Shown here piece by piece: positions 47,564 through 59,180 of a DNA stretch of 64,000 bases. The stretch covers positions 41,726-105,725 of the forward strand of contig OY279575.1 of assembly GCA_958267355.1 (NCBI GenBank), given 5' to 3'. The DNA comes from an uncultured Alphaproteobacteria bacterium. GTDB lineage: Bacteria > Pseudomonadota > Alphaproteobacteria > JALCBB01. The stretch's first letter is position 1, and each line of letters opens with the position of its first letter. The notes under the pieces are model-generated. The model saw only the letters and a list, made by a program, of their open reading frames with translations, ran no database searches and was not told the DNA's origin. The position numbers were made by a program, and so were the translations under genes.

Positions 47564-48004
47564 ATGAAAAAAATGAAAAAAATTGCTATAAAGAGTTCTA
47601 TCTTTGCCTTTTTCCTAACGCTATTGGTGGATCTAATTATCTTTGTTGTTGCGCTTGATGTCCCAAGTAGAATCATGCATTTCTATTCTATTGATGTTAT
47701 AGATTATTCTCTCGAGGTGGCAGATCTAGAAGATTTTGTGCCTCCTGAGCCTGAACCGTATTTTCTGTCTTATCTTAAGAGGGGATTTGTTATTTGCCTT
47801 TTGGTTTTTCTTTACTTTCAGCCGACATTTTTTGCCTATATAAATAAGGTGCGCTCGCGCAGGCGGATACTGCTTGCGAATGTATTTTTGGGCTGGACGA
47901 TTGTCGGCTGGTTTGTCTGTTTTTTCTGGGCTTTTTCGCTCAACCGCGATAGCCGCCCTGACCGCGACAGCGACCAAGCCGCCCCTTCCCCCTCAACTTC
48001 GTAA
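47564..48004 (+). CDS. Small membrane protein with a superinfection-immunity-like TM hairpin
   Basis: YFQPTFFAYINKVRSRRRILLANVFLGWTIVGWFVCFFWAF. Confidence 0.65.
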   Translation: MKKMKKIAIKSSIFAFFLTLLVDLIIFVVALDVPSRIMHFYSIDVIDYSLEVADLEDFVPPEPEPYFLSYLKRGFVICLLVFLYFQPTFFAYINKVRSRRRILLANVFLGWTIVGWFVCFFWAFSLNRDSRPDRDSDQAAPSPSTS

Positions 48005-48076
48005 GGTAGCGGCCACCCTTCACGCCCGCGGTGTTTTTCCTGTATGCTGGGCTTTCTGTGCCTACGCACAAAGGAG

Positions 48077-48153
48077 GGGCCTGTAGCTCAGCTGGTTAGA
48101 GCGCACGCTTGATAAGCGTGAGGTCGGAGGTTCAAGTCCTCCCGGGCCCACCA
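48077..48153 (+). tRNA. tRNA-Ile (anticodon GAU)
   Basis: gggcctgtagctcagctggttagagcgcacgcttGATaagcgtgaggtcggaggttcaagtcctcccgggcccacca. Folds as a cloverleaf by hand, with encoded CCA. Confidence 0.95.
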
Positions 48154-48178
48154 CCGCCACGAGAAGGCAAGTAAAAGG

Positions 48179-50488
48179 TTAGTTAGCAGACTCGGTTGCT
48201 TGTTGGGCGGTTGAGACTTCGGCTTTGGGGCGGAAGGCTTGCCACATGAAGAGGGCGAAGGCGAAGACTCCCCAGGCGAAGACGACATCGCCTGGCACCC
48301 GCAGCCAGACCAGCGTTTCAATCAGCGGACTATGCAACAGCTCGGGCGAGCGGGCGGCTTGGTAGCCATCGCGGATGCTCACCCAAGTTTGAATCAGTCC
48401 TTGCGGAAGCAACGACAAGAAGGTCATCAAAAGCAAGCCGATGTTGAATGACCAGAAGGCTTGTTTGAGAAGGCCGTTGTTCCAGCGGCGCACATCGGTG
48501 AGTCCGCGCATGCAGTACAGGGTCAAGCCGAGTCCGAGCATGCCGTAGACACCGAACAAAGCGGCGTGTCCGTGGTTGGCGGTGGTGTTGAGTCCTTGCA
48601 TGTAGTACAGCGCAATCGGCGGATTAATCAAAAAGCCGAAGACGCCTGCGCCGAGAAAATTCCAGAACAGCACGGCGGCGAAGAACATAAACGGCCAGTA
48701 GTAGGTGTCTTCCCAGTCTAGGCCCGTTGTGTGCTTGCGCCGACTCCAGGCTTCAAAGCCGACGACGAGCAGGGGCACGACTTCTAGTGCTGAAAAAGTC
48801 GCCCCGACAGCAAGCACAGCTGTCGGAGTGCCTGTGAAGTACAAGTGGTGAAAGGTGCCAAGCACTCCGCCGAACAAGAAGATGATGGTGGCGAATAGCA
48901 CCATTACGGTCGCGACCGAAGCCCGCACCAATCCCATACGCACGAAGAGCAACGAGATGATCGCCGTGGCAAAAACTTCAAAGATGCCTTCTACCCAAAG
49001 GTGCACTACCCACCACCGCCAGTATTCGGCGAGGGCGATGTGGGTGTGTTGTCCGTAGAAAAGCCCTGCTCCGTAGAGCAGCCCGATGGCGATGGAAGAC
49101 ACCACCACCAAAAATATCAGCGAGCGGCCGACTTCGGGTTTGGTTAGGGCAGGCCACAAGCCACGCAAGACCAGTCCGAGCCACAAGAGCAAGCCGATAA
49201 ACAGGTAGATCTGCCAAAAACGCCCAAGGTCAATGTATTCGTAGCCTTGGTGTCCGAACCAATAGCTCGCGGTCAGAGACGAGAAAAGCCGATGCACCGC
49301 CGCCCATTCGCCGAAAAACGAACCCACAACAATAAGTAGCAAACTAAAGAACAGAAAGTTTACGCCGAACCGTTGAAACTTCGGCTCTTTGCCGCCGAGT
49401 AACGGCGCAACATACAAGCCACAGGCAAGCCACGCTGTTGCAATCCAAAAGACCGCCAGCTGCGTGTGCCAAGTGCGCGTCACAACATACGGAAAGTATT
49501 CAGCCAAAGGTAAGCCATAGACTCCTTGCCCTTCAACGCCGTAGTGGGCGGTGACAATGCCGCACAAGACCTGCAAGACGAACAAGGCGGCGACGATCCA
49601 AAAGAACTTGGCGGTCGCGCGCATAGACGCAGTCGGCACGACAGACGCGAGTCGGTCTTCTTTTGCGTAACCGTCTTCGGGTTCGCTGTCTTGCCGCCAG
49701 ATGTCAAACTGCTGGGCGTAGTACCAGACGATGGCTCCGATCCCTGCGAGCAGGAGCAAGATGGAAATCAGGCTCCACAACAAAGTCGGAGGAGTCGGCG
49801 TGTTATCAACCAAAGGTTCATGCGGCCAGTTGCTGGTGTAGGTGACTTCCTTGTCAGGACGGTTCGTCGTCGCCCCCCAAGCCGTCCAAAAATAAAACGC
49901 CGACAAGGCGCGGGCTTCGTCAGGCTCTAGATAGGCAAGAGCCGAAAAGGCATATTCTTCACGCAGGTGTTCGGCTTCTGCACTTCCGCCCGTATACAAG
50001 TCTAAGTAGTGCTGCTGAGTCTCGGCAATCGCTTGCGCACGGGCAACAGAAACCGTGATGGTCTTGGTCGCCGCATCGTATTCATTGCGGCGCATTTCTT
50101 TCGCCAGCCGCGCCCGATTGAGCGTATCGGTTTCTTCAGCCGAATTGCCAATACGAAACCTCTGGTTGTAAATGGCAAGCAACGCCGAAGCCTCGCGATG
50201 CAGCCAATCGGCAGACCAATCAGGAGCCAAATATCCGCCGTGCCCCCAAATTGAACCTTGTTGCATGCCGCCGATGGACTGCCAGACGGCTTGTCCGTGC
50301 TGAATATCTTCGCGTGTGTAGATGGTTTCGCCACTCTGCGCCCGCACAACCTCAGGTATAGGCGGAGCTTCACGGTAAATCTCCCGTCCGAGCAGCAGCA
50401 GCACGCTGAACATCACGACCATCCCGACTGCCAGGATGATCCACAAGCGGCGAATAGAAAAAGTGCTTTGATAGGATGCGGTACTCAT
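48179..50488 (-). CDS. norB: Quinol-dependent nitric oxide reductase, single-subunit qNOR type
   Basis: 769 aa: N-terminal TM plus periplasmic extension fused to a 12-TM heme-copper oxidase-like core with conserved His ligands (HLWVEG, HHLYF, HGHAALFG). Confidence 0.8.
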   Translation of the reverse strand: MSTASYQSTFSIRRLWIILAVGMVVMFSVLLLLGREIYREAPPIPEVVRAQSGETIYTREDIQHGQAVWQSIGGMQQGSIWGHGGYLAPDWSADWLHREASALLAIYNQRFRIGNSAEETDTLNRARLAKEMRRNEYDAATKTITVSVARAQAIAETQQHYLDLYTGGSAEAEHLREEYAFSALAYLEPDEARALSAFYFWTAWGATTNRPDKEVTYTSNWPHEPLVDNTPTPPTLLWSLISILLLLAGIGAIVWYYAQQFDIWRQDSEPEDGYAKEDRLASVVPTASMRATAKFFWIVAALFVLQVLCGIVTAHYGVEGQGVYGLPLAEYFPYVVTRTWHTQLAVFWIATAWLACGLYVAPLLGGKEPKFQRFGVNFLFFSLLLIVVGSFFGEWAAVHRLFSSLTASYWFGHQGYEYIDLGRFWQIYLFIGLLLWLGLVLRGLWPALTKPEVGRSLIFLVVVSSIAIGLLYGAGLFYGQHTHIALAEYWRWWVVHLWVEGIFEVFATAIISLLFVRMGLVRASVATVMVLFATIIFLFGGVLGTFHHLYFTGTPTAVLAVGATFSALEVVPLLVVGFEAWSRRKHTTGLDWEDTYYWPFMFFAAVLFWNFLGAGVFGFLINPPIALYYMQGLNTTANHGHAALFGVYGMLGLGLTLYCMRGLTDVRRWNNGLLKQAFWSFNIGLLLMTFLSLLPQGLIQTWVSIRDGYQAARSPELLHSPLIETLVWLRVPGDVVFAWGVFAFALFMWQAFRPKAEVSTAQQATESAN

Positions 50489-50728
50489 AGCTCCTCCTTG
50501 GGGCGTGTGCCCTGCTAAACTGAGTTTTGATGCATTCCCCCATAGTACAACCTCGCCCCACGAACCGCAAACCTGACTGCAAGCCCTACCTTTCTGCTAT
50601 CCTCGGCTGGGCGCACCTAGCCCGATGGTCACGGTGCGACCATTTTTGAGCGTTGCCGTGAGGGTTGGCGTGAGGGTTGTAAGTCCACCGCGTGGCTATA
50701 TGGGCTATTGTGTAGAAGGAGAGATTTC

Positions 50729-50804
50729 GGGGCCGTAGCTCAGCTGGGAGAGCGCCTGCTTTGCAAGCAGGAGGTCAGGGGTTCGAGCCCCCTCGGCTCC
50801 ACCA
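50729..50804 (+). tRNA. tRNA-Ala (anticodon UGC)
   Basis: ggggccgtagctcagctgggagagcgcctgctttGCAagcaggaggtcaggggttcgagccccctcggctccacca. G3:U70 pair present, with encoded CCA. Confidence 0.95.
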
Positions 50805-50881
50805 TTTCATCTTATTTAGAATCATGCTATACTATTGGTTGCATTTAGAAATCCACAAAATCGCCTAAAGCAAGGAGAAAC

Positions 50882-51349
50882 ATGACGGAAAACAGGAATG
50901 AATATAGGCTAACCCAAGAAATTATAGCTCTCTCTAGAGCTTCTGATTGGGATCGTGCGAAGCTTGAATGGATTTTGGAAGGTGTCTATATGGCGGACGA
51001 GCCTGAGACTTGCCTATGTGGCCATTTCCCTATTATCGAGATATGTGGCTTGAGAAATTTATATAACGACAATTATACAGAAGTAGGTAATGTCTGCGTT
51101 AAGAAGTTTTTGGGGTTGCCTTCGGATAAAATTTTTAGATCTGTTAAGAAAGTGCGAAAAGATGAAGAAAAATCATTAAATGCAGAGACGATACAATATG
51201 CTTACAACAAAGGATGGATGAGTATATGGGAGAGAGATTTTAGTATGGATACAATCCGAAAACTAAAGCCGAGTCTTAAACAGCTTGCTAAACGCGTTGA
51301 AATTAACCGAAAAATAATGCGAAATATGAGAAGAGGGGGTGGTAACTAG
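50882..51349 (+). CDS. Hypothetical small Cys-containing protein
   Basis: 155-aa ORF with AGGAGA RBS. Motif CLCGHFPI...GNVCVKKF suggests a metal-binding knuckle. Family not recognised. Confidence 0.5.
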   Translation: MTENRNEYRLTQEIIALSRASDWDRAKLEWILEGVYMADEPETCLCGHFPIIEICGLRNLYNDNYTEVGNVCVKKFLGLPSDKIFRSVKKVRKDEEKSLNAETIQYAYNKGWMSIWERDFSMDTIRKLKPSLKQLAKRVEINRKIMRNMRRGGGN

Positions 51350-51607
51350 AAAGGGTGCGCATAGCCCCAAAAAGTAAGGAATCTCCCTATCAAGCCTGAT
51401 ATAGGGTGGGGGTGGAATTTGGCGAGAATTGGGGGAGGAGCTCTGTATGGGGGGGGAATCCAAGGCTTTTTCGGGCGGGGCAAGCCCGCCGCTCAAAGCC
51501 TTGCTTGTCTCTATATATATTAGGAGAGGGGTTTGAATCCCCTAAAAATTGGCAGATTCGCTGAAGAGGTTGCGAATCGGTCAGTACAAACGGATATTGG
51601 GGGCACT

Positions 51608-53245
51608 ATGGAAAACAAACTCTACTATGGTGATTGCTTGACAATCATGCGGGACATGCCACCAGAAAGCGTGGACATGATTTATCTCGACCCCCCGTTT
51701 AATTCCAACCGTAGCTATAACGCTATTTACAAGGACGAAACAGGCCGTCCTTTGCCAGACCAAGTAGAAGCCTTTTGTGATTTATGGACGCTTGATGATG
51801 AGCGCGAGCGAGCTATCAGGAATGTTCCAATGCTTATGCGTGAGGCTGGAATAGATGATCCTGTCGTAGAATTTTGGCGGGCTTGGATTAGTGCTCTTCG
51901 TGACGCGCAGCCGCGTTTGGCGGCCTACCTTTCCTATATGACTGAGCGCTTACTGCCCATGCGCACCCTTCTCAAGCCAACAGGAAATATATATTTGCAC
52001 TGCGACCCGACAGCGGCGCATTACATTAAGGTAATGATGGATACAATTTTTGGCCACAAAAATTTTCGCAACGAAATTGTTTGGCATTATGATGGCTCGC
52101 AGAGGCCGAGTCGTAAAAGGTTTGGTTCAAAGCACGACACAATTTTGCGTTACTCAAAGACGGATAGGTATTTTGCCAATAGCAAAGGTATTGCTCCATT
52201 TCAGATAGTGATTTCCAAGGAATTAGAAACGCCTAAGAAATTAAAGGACAAGGGCTATCAACAGCTAGACGATGGAAGGTATTACTACACAACTCCACGA
52301 GGCGATTATACGGACGCAAGTATTGCTAGGCTTGATAAAGAAGATCGCATTGAGCGCACATCTTCAGGAAAGGTTCGTATTCGCTACTTTTTAACCAGAG
52401 ATAAAGATGGGAATCTTGGGCGTGATAAACAATTACATGATGTTTGGCATGATATACACTCAGTAAGTCATGCTGGTGGTAATGAAAAATTAGGTTATGC
52501 AACGCAAAAACCATTGGCGTTGCTTGAACGGATTATTAATGCCAGCGTAAATCCTGGTGACACTGTTCTCGACCCTTTTTGTGGTTGTGCAACAACAATT
52601 GAAGCAGCACACAATTTAGAATGTAAGTGGATAGGAATTGATATCGCGATACATGCAGTTAAGCGAGTTTCCACTGTGCGCTTGCGCGATAGATTAGGGC
52701 TTGTTGAAGGTGAGGATTATGAGATTCTTGGTGTTCCCATGACGCTTGAAGGTGCCCAAGATTTGTGGGAGCGAGATAGTTATCATTTCCAAAAATGGGC
52801 TGTGGAACAAATTGATGGATTTGTTGCGGCTCGCAAGACGGCTGATGGTGGTGTTGATGGTCGCCTATACTTTGAGGTGCCAGGTGAAAAAGATCTGCAA
52901 AGTATGGTTTTGGAAGTTAAGGGAGGGGCGAATGTGGGTATTGGTGATGTTCGCGCGCTTCGAGGAGTGTTAGAGCGCGATAGTGCTTCTATGGCAGGGT
53001 TGATTATTATGGGAGACTTAGGCTCACAACAGCAGGCTAATTTTTTACGTGAAATGGCAAGTGCTGGAGATTTGATAGTAAAAACCGATAAAGCTGAGTA
53101 CACCTATCCACGCATGCAATTGCTGACAATTCCTGAAATTCTGGACGGAAAGAGATTTTCCACGCCAAGTGTTGTTGGTCGTGGTGAAAGAACTCCGATA
53201 TTGCCAGGTGTAGGAGTGAGGCGGAGTCGTCGTACATCAAAATAA
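51608..53245 (+). CDS. DNA methyltransferase (DPPF, beta class) fused to a C-terminal Mrr-like PD-(D/E)xK nuclease-fold domain
   Basis: ATG at 51608 (MENKLYYGDCL). Motif IV YLDPPFNSN, motif I VLDPFCGCATT. C-terminal ADGGVDGRLYF...VLEVKGG resembles the Mrr catalytic motif. Confidence 0.8.
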   Translation: MENKLYYGDCLTIMRDMPPESVDMIYLDPPFNSNRSYNAIYKDETGRPLPDQVEAFCDLWTLDDERERAIRNVPMLMREAGIDDPVVEFWRAWISALRDAQPRLAAYLSYMTERLLPMRTLLKPTGNIYLHCDPTAAHYIKVMMDTIFGHKNFRNEIVWHYDGSQRPSRKRFGSKHDTILRYSKTDRYFANSKGIAPFQIVISKELETPKKLKDKGYQQLDDGRYYYTTPRGDYTDASIARLDKEDRIERTSSGKVRIRYFLTRDKDGNLGRDKQLHDVWHDIHSVSHAGGNEKLGYATQKPLALLERIINASVNPGDTVLDPFCGCATTIEAAHNLECKWIGIDIAIHAVKRVSTVRLRDRLGLVEGEDYEILGVPMTLEGAQDLWERDSYHFQKWAVEQIDGFVAARKTADGGVDGRLYFEVPGEKDLQSMVLEVKGGANVGIGDVRALRGVLERDSASMAGLIIMGDLGSQQQANFLREMASAGDLIVKTDKAEYTYPRMQLLTIPEILDGKRFSTPSVVGRGERTPILPGVGVRRSRRTSK

Positions 53246-53749
53246 ACTCACGGATTAGGGTGAGCCTAAAGCCACCCCCGAATGGGGCAGGGGCAGGGCT
53301 AAATTCCTCTGAAAATTGGCAGATTCGGGGGGGATTTTGGGGGCAACGCTTGACAACTTGGGGTGCGGGGGGCATTTTATGGCTAGCGGGAGGCTCATAG
53401 AAGGGTCTTCTGTTTCTTTATCTATTCTGCTTTTGCTGGGTTTAGGCGTGGCGGTTGCTTTTGGCGGCGGCACGGACTCGGTGCGGGCTCGTTCGGGCTC
53501 GGCGGATTGTTCTTGCTTATCGTGAAGAGTCTGACCACAGGTGCGAGCCGCGAAAAAAGGCTCGCATCTATGAAGTGCAGATGGATTTGCGCGAGCACTG
53601 CGGTTCCTCGTGGCGAGCGAGCGCGAAGACAATGCCATCTGTATCTTTTTCTAAATATCTTCCATTCACGAAGACTGAGCGGAGCGCGCAAGCAAGCAAG
53701 CAAGCAAGCAAGCGAGGCGGTCCGTGCGGTTCGAGTGGATGCGTTGAGA

Positions 53750-56499
<2,750 letters not shown>

Positions 56500-56743
56500 T
56501 TTCTTTTTCTCGCGCGCGCGTTTTTGTGTGCGTGAGGTGCATTCACCCGTTCCGCACGGCCTGCCTTGGCAGTCCAAAGCGAAATGGAATGGAAGATGTG
56601 AAATGAAAGATAAAGCGCAAAATCTAAAGCGTGGAAGATAAAGCGTGAAAGATGAAGCGTGGAAGATGAAGCGAAAGCTAGCTATAGAGCGTCCGCTTTT
56701 TTCTTGTGGTCAAACTCTTCTAGTTTTGTGGAGGGATTAGTTG

Positions 56744-56859
56744 GTTTGGTGGCTATGGCGGGAGATTAACACCCGATTCCATTCCGAACTCGGCAGTGAA
56801 AGCTCCCCGCGCCGATGGTACTCCGTCTTAAGGCGTGGAAGAGTAGGTCGCCGCCAAAC
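56744..56859 (+). rRNA. rrf: 5S ribosomal RNA
   Basis: gtttggtggctatggcgggag...ccgaactc...gtaggtcgccgccaaac, with an extended flanking stem gggattag/ctaatccc. Confidence 0.9.
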
Positions 56860-56891
56860 CTTCTAATCCCCCCACTTTTACCCCCCACTTT

Positions 56892-56918
56892 AAAGCCGCC
56901 CCCACAGGCGGCTTTTTC
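56892..56918 (+). terminator. Intrinsic terminator after 5S
   Basis: aaagccgcc-cccaca-ggcggctttttcc. Confidence 0.7.
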
Positions 56919-56945
56919 CTTTAATCGCGGTAGGTTGTTTTCTAA

Positions 56946-57275
56946 ATGAATCGTGAACAGATTATCGGAATGATTGTTGGTGCCGCCATTGGAACTCTTC
57001 TTGGTGTTCTTGTCGGAGGCTATATCGGGCTTAATCTTCTCCCACTTACAAAAGGGTTTGAAACTTTTATGATCGCTCGTGTTAGTGTTTTGCTTGCGGG
57101 GGCTCTTTTAGGGGGAGTTATGGGTGCCTGTATTATGACTTTTATTGGAATTCGTTCAGGTGCGAGCAGAGTGATTCAATTGGCGGTTTTTGCTATTGAT
57201 ACATTGGGTTATCCTGCGACTATTCTTATGCTTTTATTTTCTGTCACTTTATTTGTTGTTTTTCTGTTTTCTTAG
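56946..57275 (+). CDS. Small glycine-zipper membrane protein
   Basis: 109 aa; MIVGAAIGTLLGVLVGGYIG and 3-4 hydrophobic helices. Confidence 0.5.
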   Translation: MNREQIIGMIVGAAIGTLLGVLVGGYIGLNLLPLTKGFETFMIARVSVLLAGALLGGVMGACIMTFIGIRSGASRVIQLAVFAIDTLGYPATILMLLFSVTLFVVFLFS

Positions 57276-57326
57276 TTTTTAACTCACTATTTTTTATTAT
57301 TCTTTCTCAAAAGTAAGGAATAACTG

Positions 57327-57467
57327 ATGAATTGGAACCAAACCTCTGCTGAAGCTTTCATAGGTGGCGTCATCGGTGCTCTTATCGGTTCTTGCGGTGG
57401 AGTCCTCACCGTGATTATCGTTCGAGATCGCTCTGGTTTGAGGCTTTGGTCTAGGGGTTTCCCTTAA
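57327..57467 (+). CDS. 46-aa glycine-zipper membrane peptide (below the ORF-track cutoff)
   Basis: My translation: MNWNQTSAEAFIGGVIGALIGSCGGVLTVIIVRDRSGLRLWSRGFP*. AAGGAA lies upstream. Confidence 0.35.
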   Translation: MNWNQTSAEAFIGGVIGALIGSCGGVLTVIIVRDRSGLRLWSRGFP

Positions 57468-57527
57468 AACGAATCGCTTTGATTTGTGTTTAAATAGAGC
57501 AGAGTAGAGTCACCAAAGGGGAAAGCC

Positions 57528-58400
57528 ATGGCGAGCTTGGAGCGTATCCAAACCCTAGAAACTGCGTCTAGGGCTAAGAAAAAGCCTGAATGGGCGGACA
57601 AGGTGTATTTCGGCGATTGTCTTGAGGTGATGCAGGATTTGCCGAGCAACAGCATTGATCTGATTGTCACTTCGCCTCCCTATGCTGACGCGCGCAAGCA
57701 CACCTACGGCGGAGTGCATCCCGACAAATATGTAGACTGGTTCTGCGAGCGGGCCGAGGAGATGCATCGCATATTGTCTCCGACGGGTTCGTTTATTCTC
57801 AACATCAAAGAAAAGGCCCGCGAGGGAGAGCGACACACTTATGTTTTAGATTTGATTCTCGCTTTAAAGCGCGAGGTGGAATTTCGTTGGGTAGAAGAAT
57901 ATGTATGGCACAAGACGACGGCGGCGCCGGGCAAGTGGCGCTACCGCTTCCGCGACTCGTGGGAGCGGCTTCTGCACTTTTCTAAAACCCCTGACTTGAA
58001 GATGAATCAGGACGCGGTGAAAGTTCCTGTTGGCGATTGGACTGCCAAGCGGCTTGCCAATATGAGCGAGCGTGATAGAAGCCGCCAAGAGTCGGGCACG
58101 AAGTCAAAGGTTGGACGGCGGATTGCGAACTGGGAGGGCAAAGCTACGGTGTATCCGACGAATGTTTTGCATAGGTCTCCTGTGGCGCATAACACGGGGC
58201 ACAGTGCGGCGTTTCCTGAGTGGCTGCCTGATTTTTTTATTAAGCTCTTCACCGACGAAGGAGATATTGTCTTAGATCCGTTTCTTGGTTCGGGCACTAC
58301 CTACCGCGTTGCGAAGGCTTTGAATCGCGTTCCTGTTGGCATAGAGATGAACCAAGAAACCAAAATGGACTTAGGCGATGTCCCTCTCTTGGATCGATAA
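57528..58400 (+). CDS. DNA methyltransferase, beta class with SPPY motif (probably N4-cytosine)
   Basis: IVTSPPYADARK (motif IV) lies upstream of VLDPFLGSGTT (motif I). Confidence 0.8.
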   Translation: MASLERIQTLETASRAKKKPEWADKVYFGDCLEVMQDLPSNSIDLIVTSPPYADARKHTYGGVHPDKYVDWFCERAEEMHRILSPTGSFILNIKEKAREGERHTYVLDLILALKREVEFRWVEEYVWHKTTAAPGKWRYRFRDSWERLLHFSKTPDLKMNQDAVKVPVGDWTAKRLANMSERDRSRQESGTKSKVGRRIANWEGKATVYPTNVLHRSPVAHNTGHSAAFPEWLPDFFIKLFTDEGDIVLDPFLGSGTTYRVAKALNRVPVGIEMNQETKMDLGDVPLLDR

Positions 58401-59043
58401 CGAAATTTTACAGTCTCATATAGAAACGCTTATTGAGTCTGCACAAAATTCTTTAGCGCAGGCGCAGGAGCGGCGGCATAGCCATGTGGTAGATCCGTTT
58501 TCGTCTTTATCCATTGCGGTGGCGGCTCAGGTTAAGGACTCTTCTGAATTAAACAGGCTGCAGGATACAGAAGCTGCTTTACGCGGTATGAGCAACGCTC
58601 TTGGAGCATTTCATCAAGGCGTTTTAGGCTCTATTGAAGGTTGGAAAAACCACGATGCGGGCTATGACTTAGAGTGTCCGAGTAGAAAAATTTTGGCGGA
58701 AGTAAAAAACAAGCACAACACGATGAATGCAGCCACACGACGCGATGTAGAAGGTGAATTGAATACAGCCCTCCGTCAAAAGTCTGGTTCTTGGACGGGG
58801 TATCTGGTAATTATAATTCCTAAGAAGCCTGAACGCTACGAAAGGCATATAGAGGGTAAAGCAAGTGGCGTGAAAGAAATTGACGGAACTTCGTTCTACT
58901 ACTTGGCGACAGGAGACCCAAACGCCATCCACGATCTTTTTGACTTCTTGACTGAATACCTGATTACAAACCAGCAGTTGCCAGAAGAAATTGCCACGCA
59001 CTGCCGAGCCATCCTAGAAACTAGCCTCCCCCCAAGAGCTTAA
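58378..59043 (+). CDS. Putative type II restriction endonuclease (PD-(D/E)xK)
   Basis: Overlaps the methylase stop by 23 nt. GYDLECPSRKILAEVKNKHNT fits a D...ExK catalytic motif. Confidence 0.6.
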   Translation: MSLSWIDNEILQSHIETLIESAQNSLAQAQERRHSHVVDPFSSLSIAVAAQVKDSSELNRLQDTEAALRGMSNALGAFHQGVLGSIEGWKNHDAGYDLECPSRKILAEVKNKHNTMNAATRRDVEGELNTALRQKSGSWTGYLVIIIPKKPERYERHIEGKASGVKEIDGTSFYYLATGDPNAIHDLFDFLTEYLITNQQLPEEIATHCRAILETSLPPRA

Positions 59044-59052
59044 TCACTCTAC

Positions 59053-59120
59053 ACCCCCCCCTAACTGCCAAAGCTGTCTCGTGCCCCCCCTTACAGGGGG
59101 GGCAGTCGCCCGCTTTGGTT
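59053..59120 (+). repeat. ctaactgccaaagc-type hairpin element, compact form
   Basis: cccccccctaactgCCAAAGCtgtctcgtgCCCCCCC-ttaca-GGGGGGGcagtcgcccGCTTTGGttt. Same architecture as 37701-37761 (reverse) and 43350-43482. Confidence 0.85.
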
Positions 59121-59180
59121 TGGGTGTTTTGCGGGGCGCATTCGCTCATCAAGCCATCAAGCCATTAGCCCATCAACGCA

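Noticed and set aside
50805-53400. tRNA-targeted genomic island with a duplicated tRNA 3' end
   Set aside because: I looked by eye for a second copy of the tRNA-Ala 3' end (ggttcgagccccctcggctcca) and the tRNA-Ile 3' end downstream or upstream of the cassettes and found none. There is also no integrase.
57440-59125. Direct repeat flanking the third R-M module (gctttggtctaggggttt vs gctttggtttgggtgttt)
   Set aside because: Only about 18 nt with several mismatches, and the right copy is simply the closing stem of the hairpin element. Too weak to call a target duplication.
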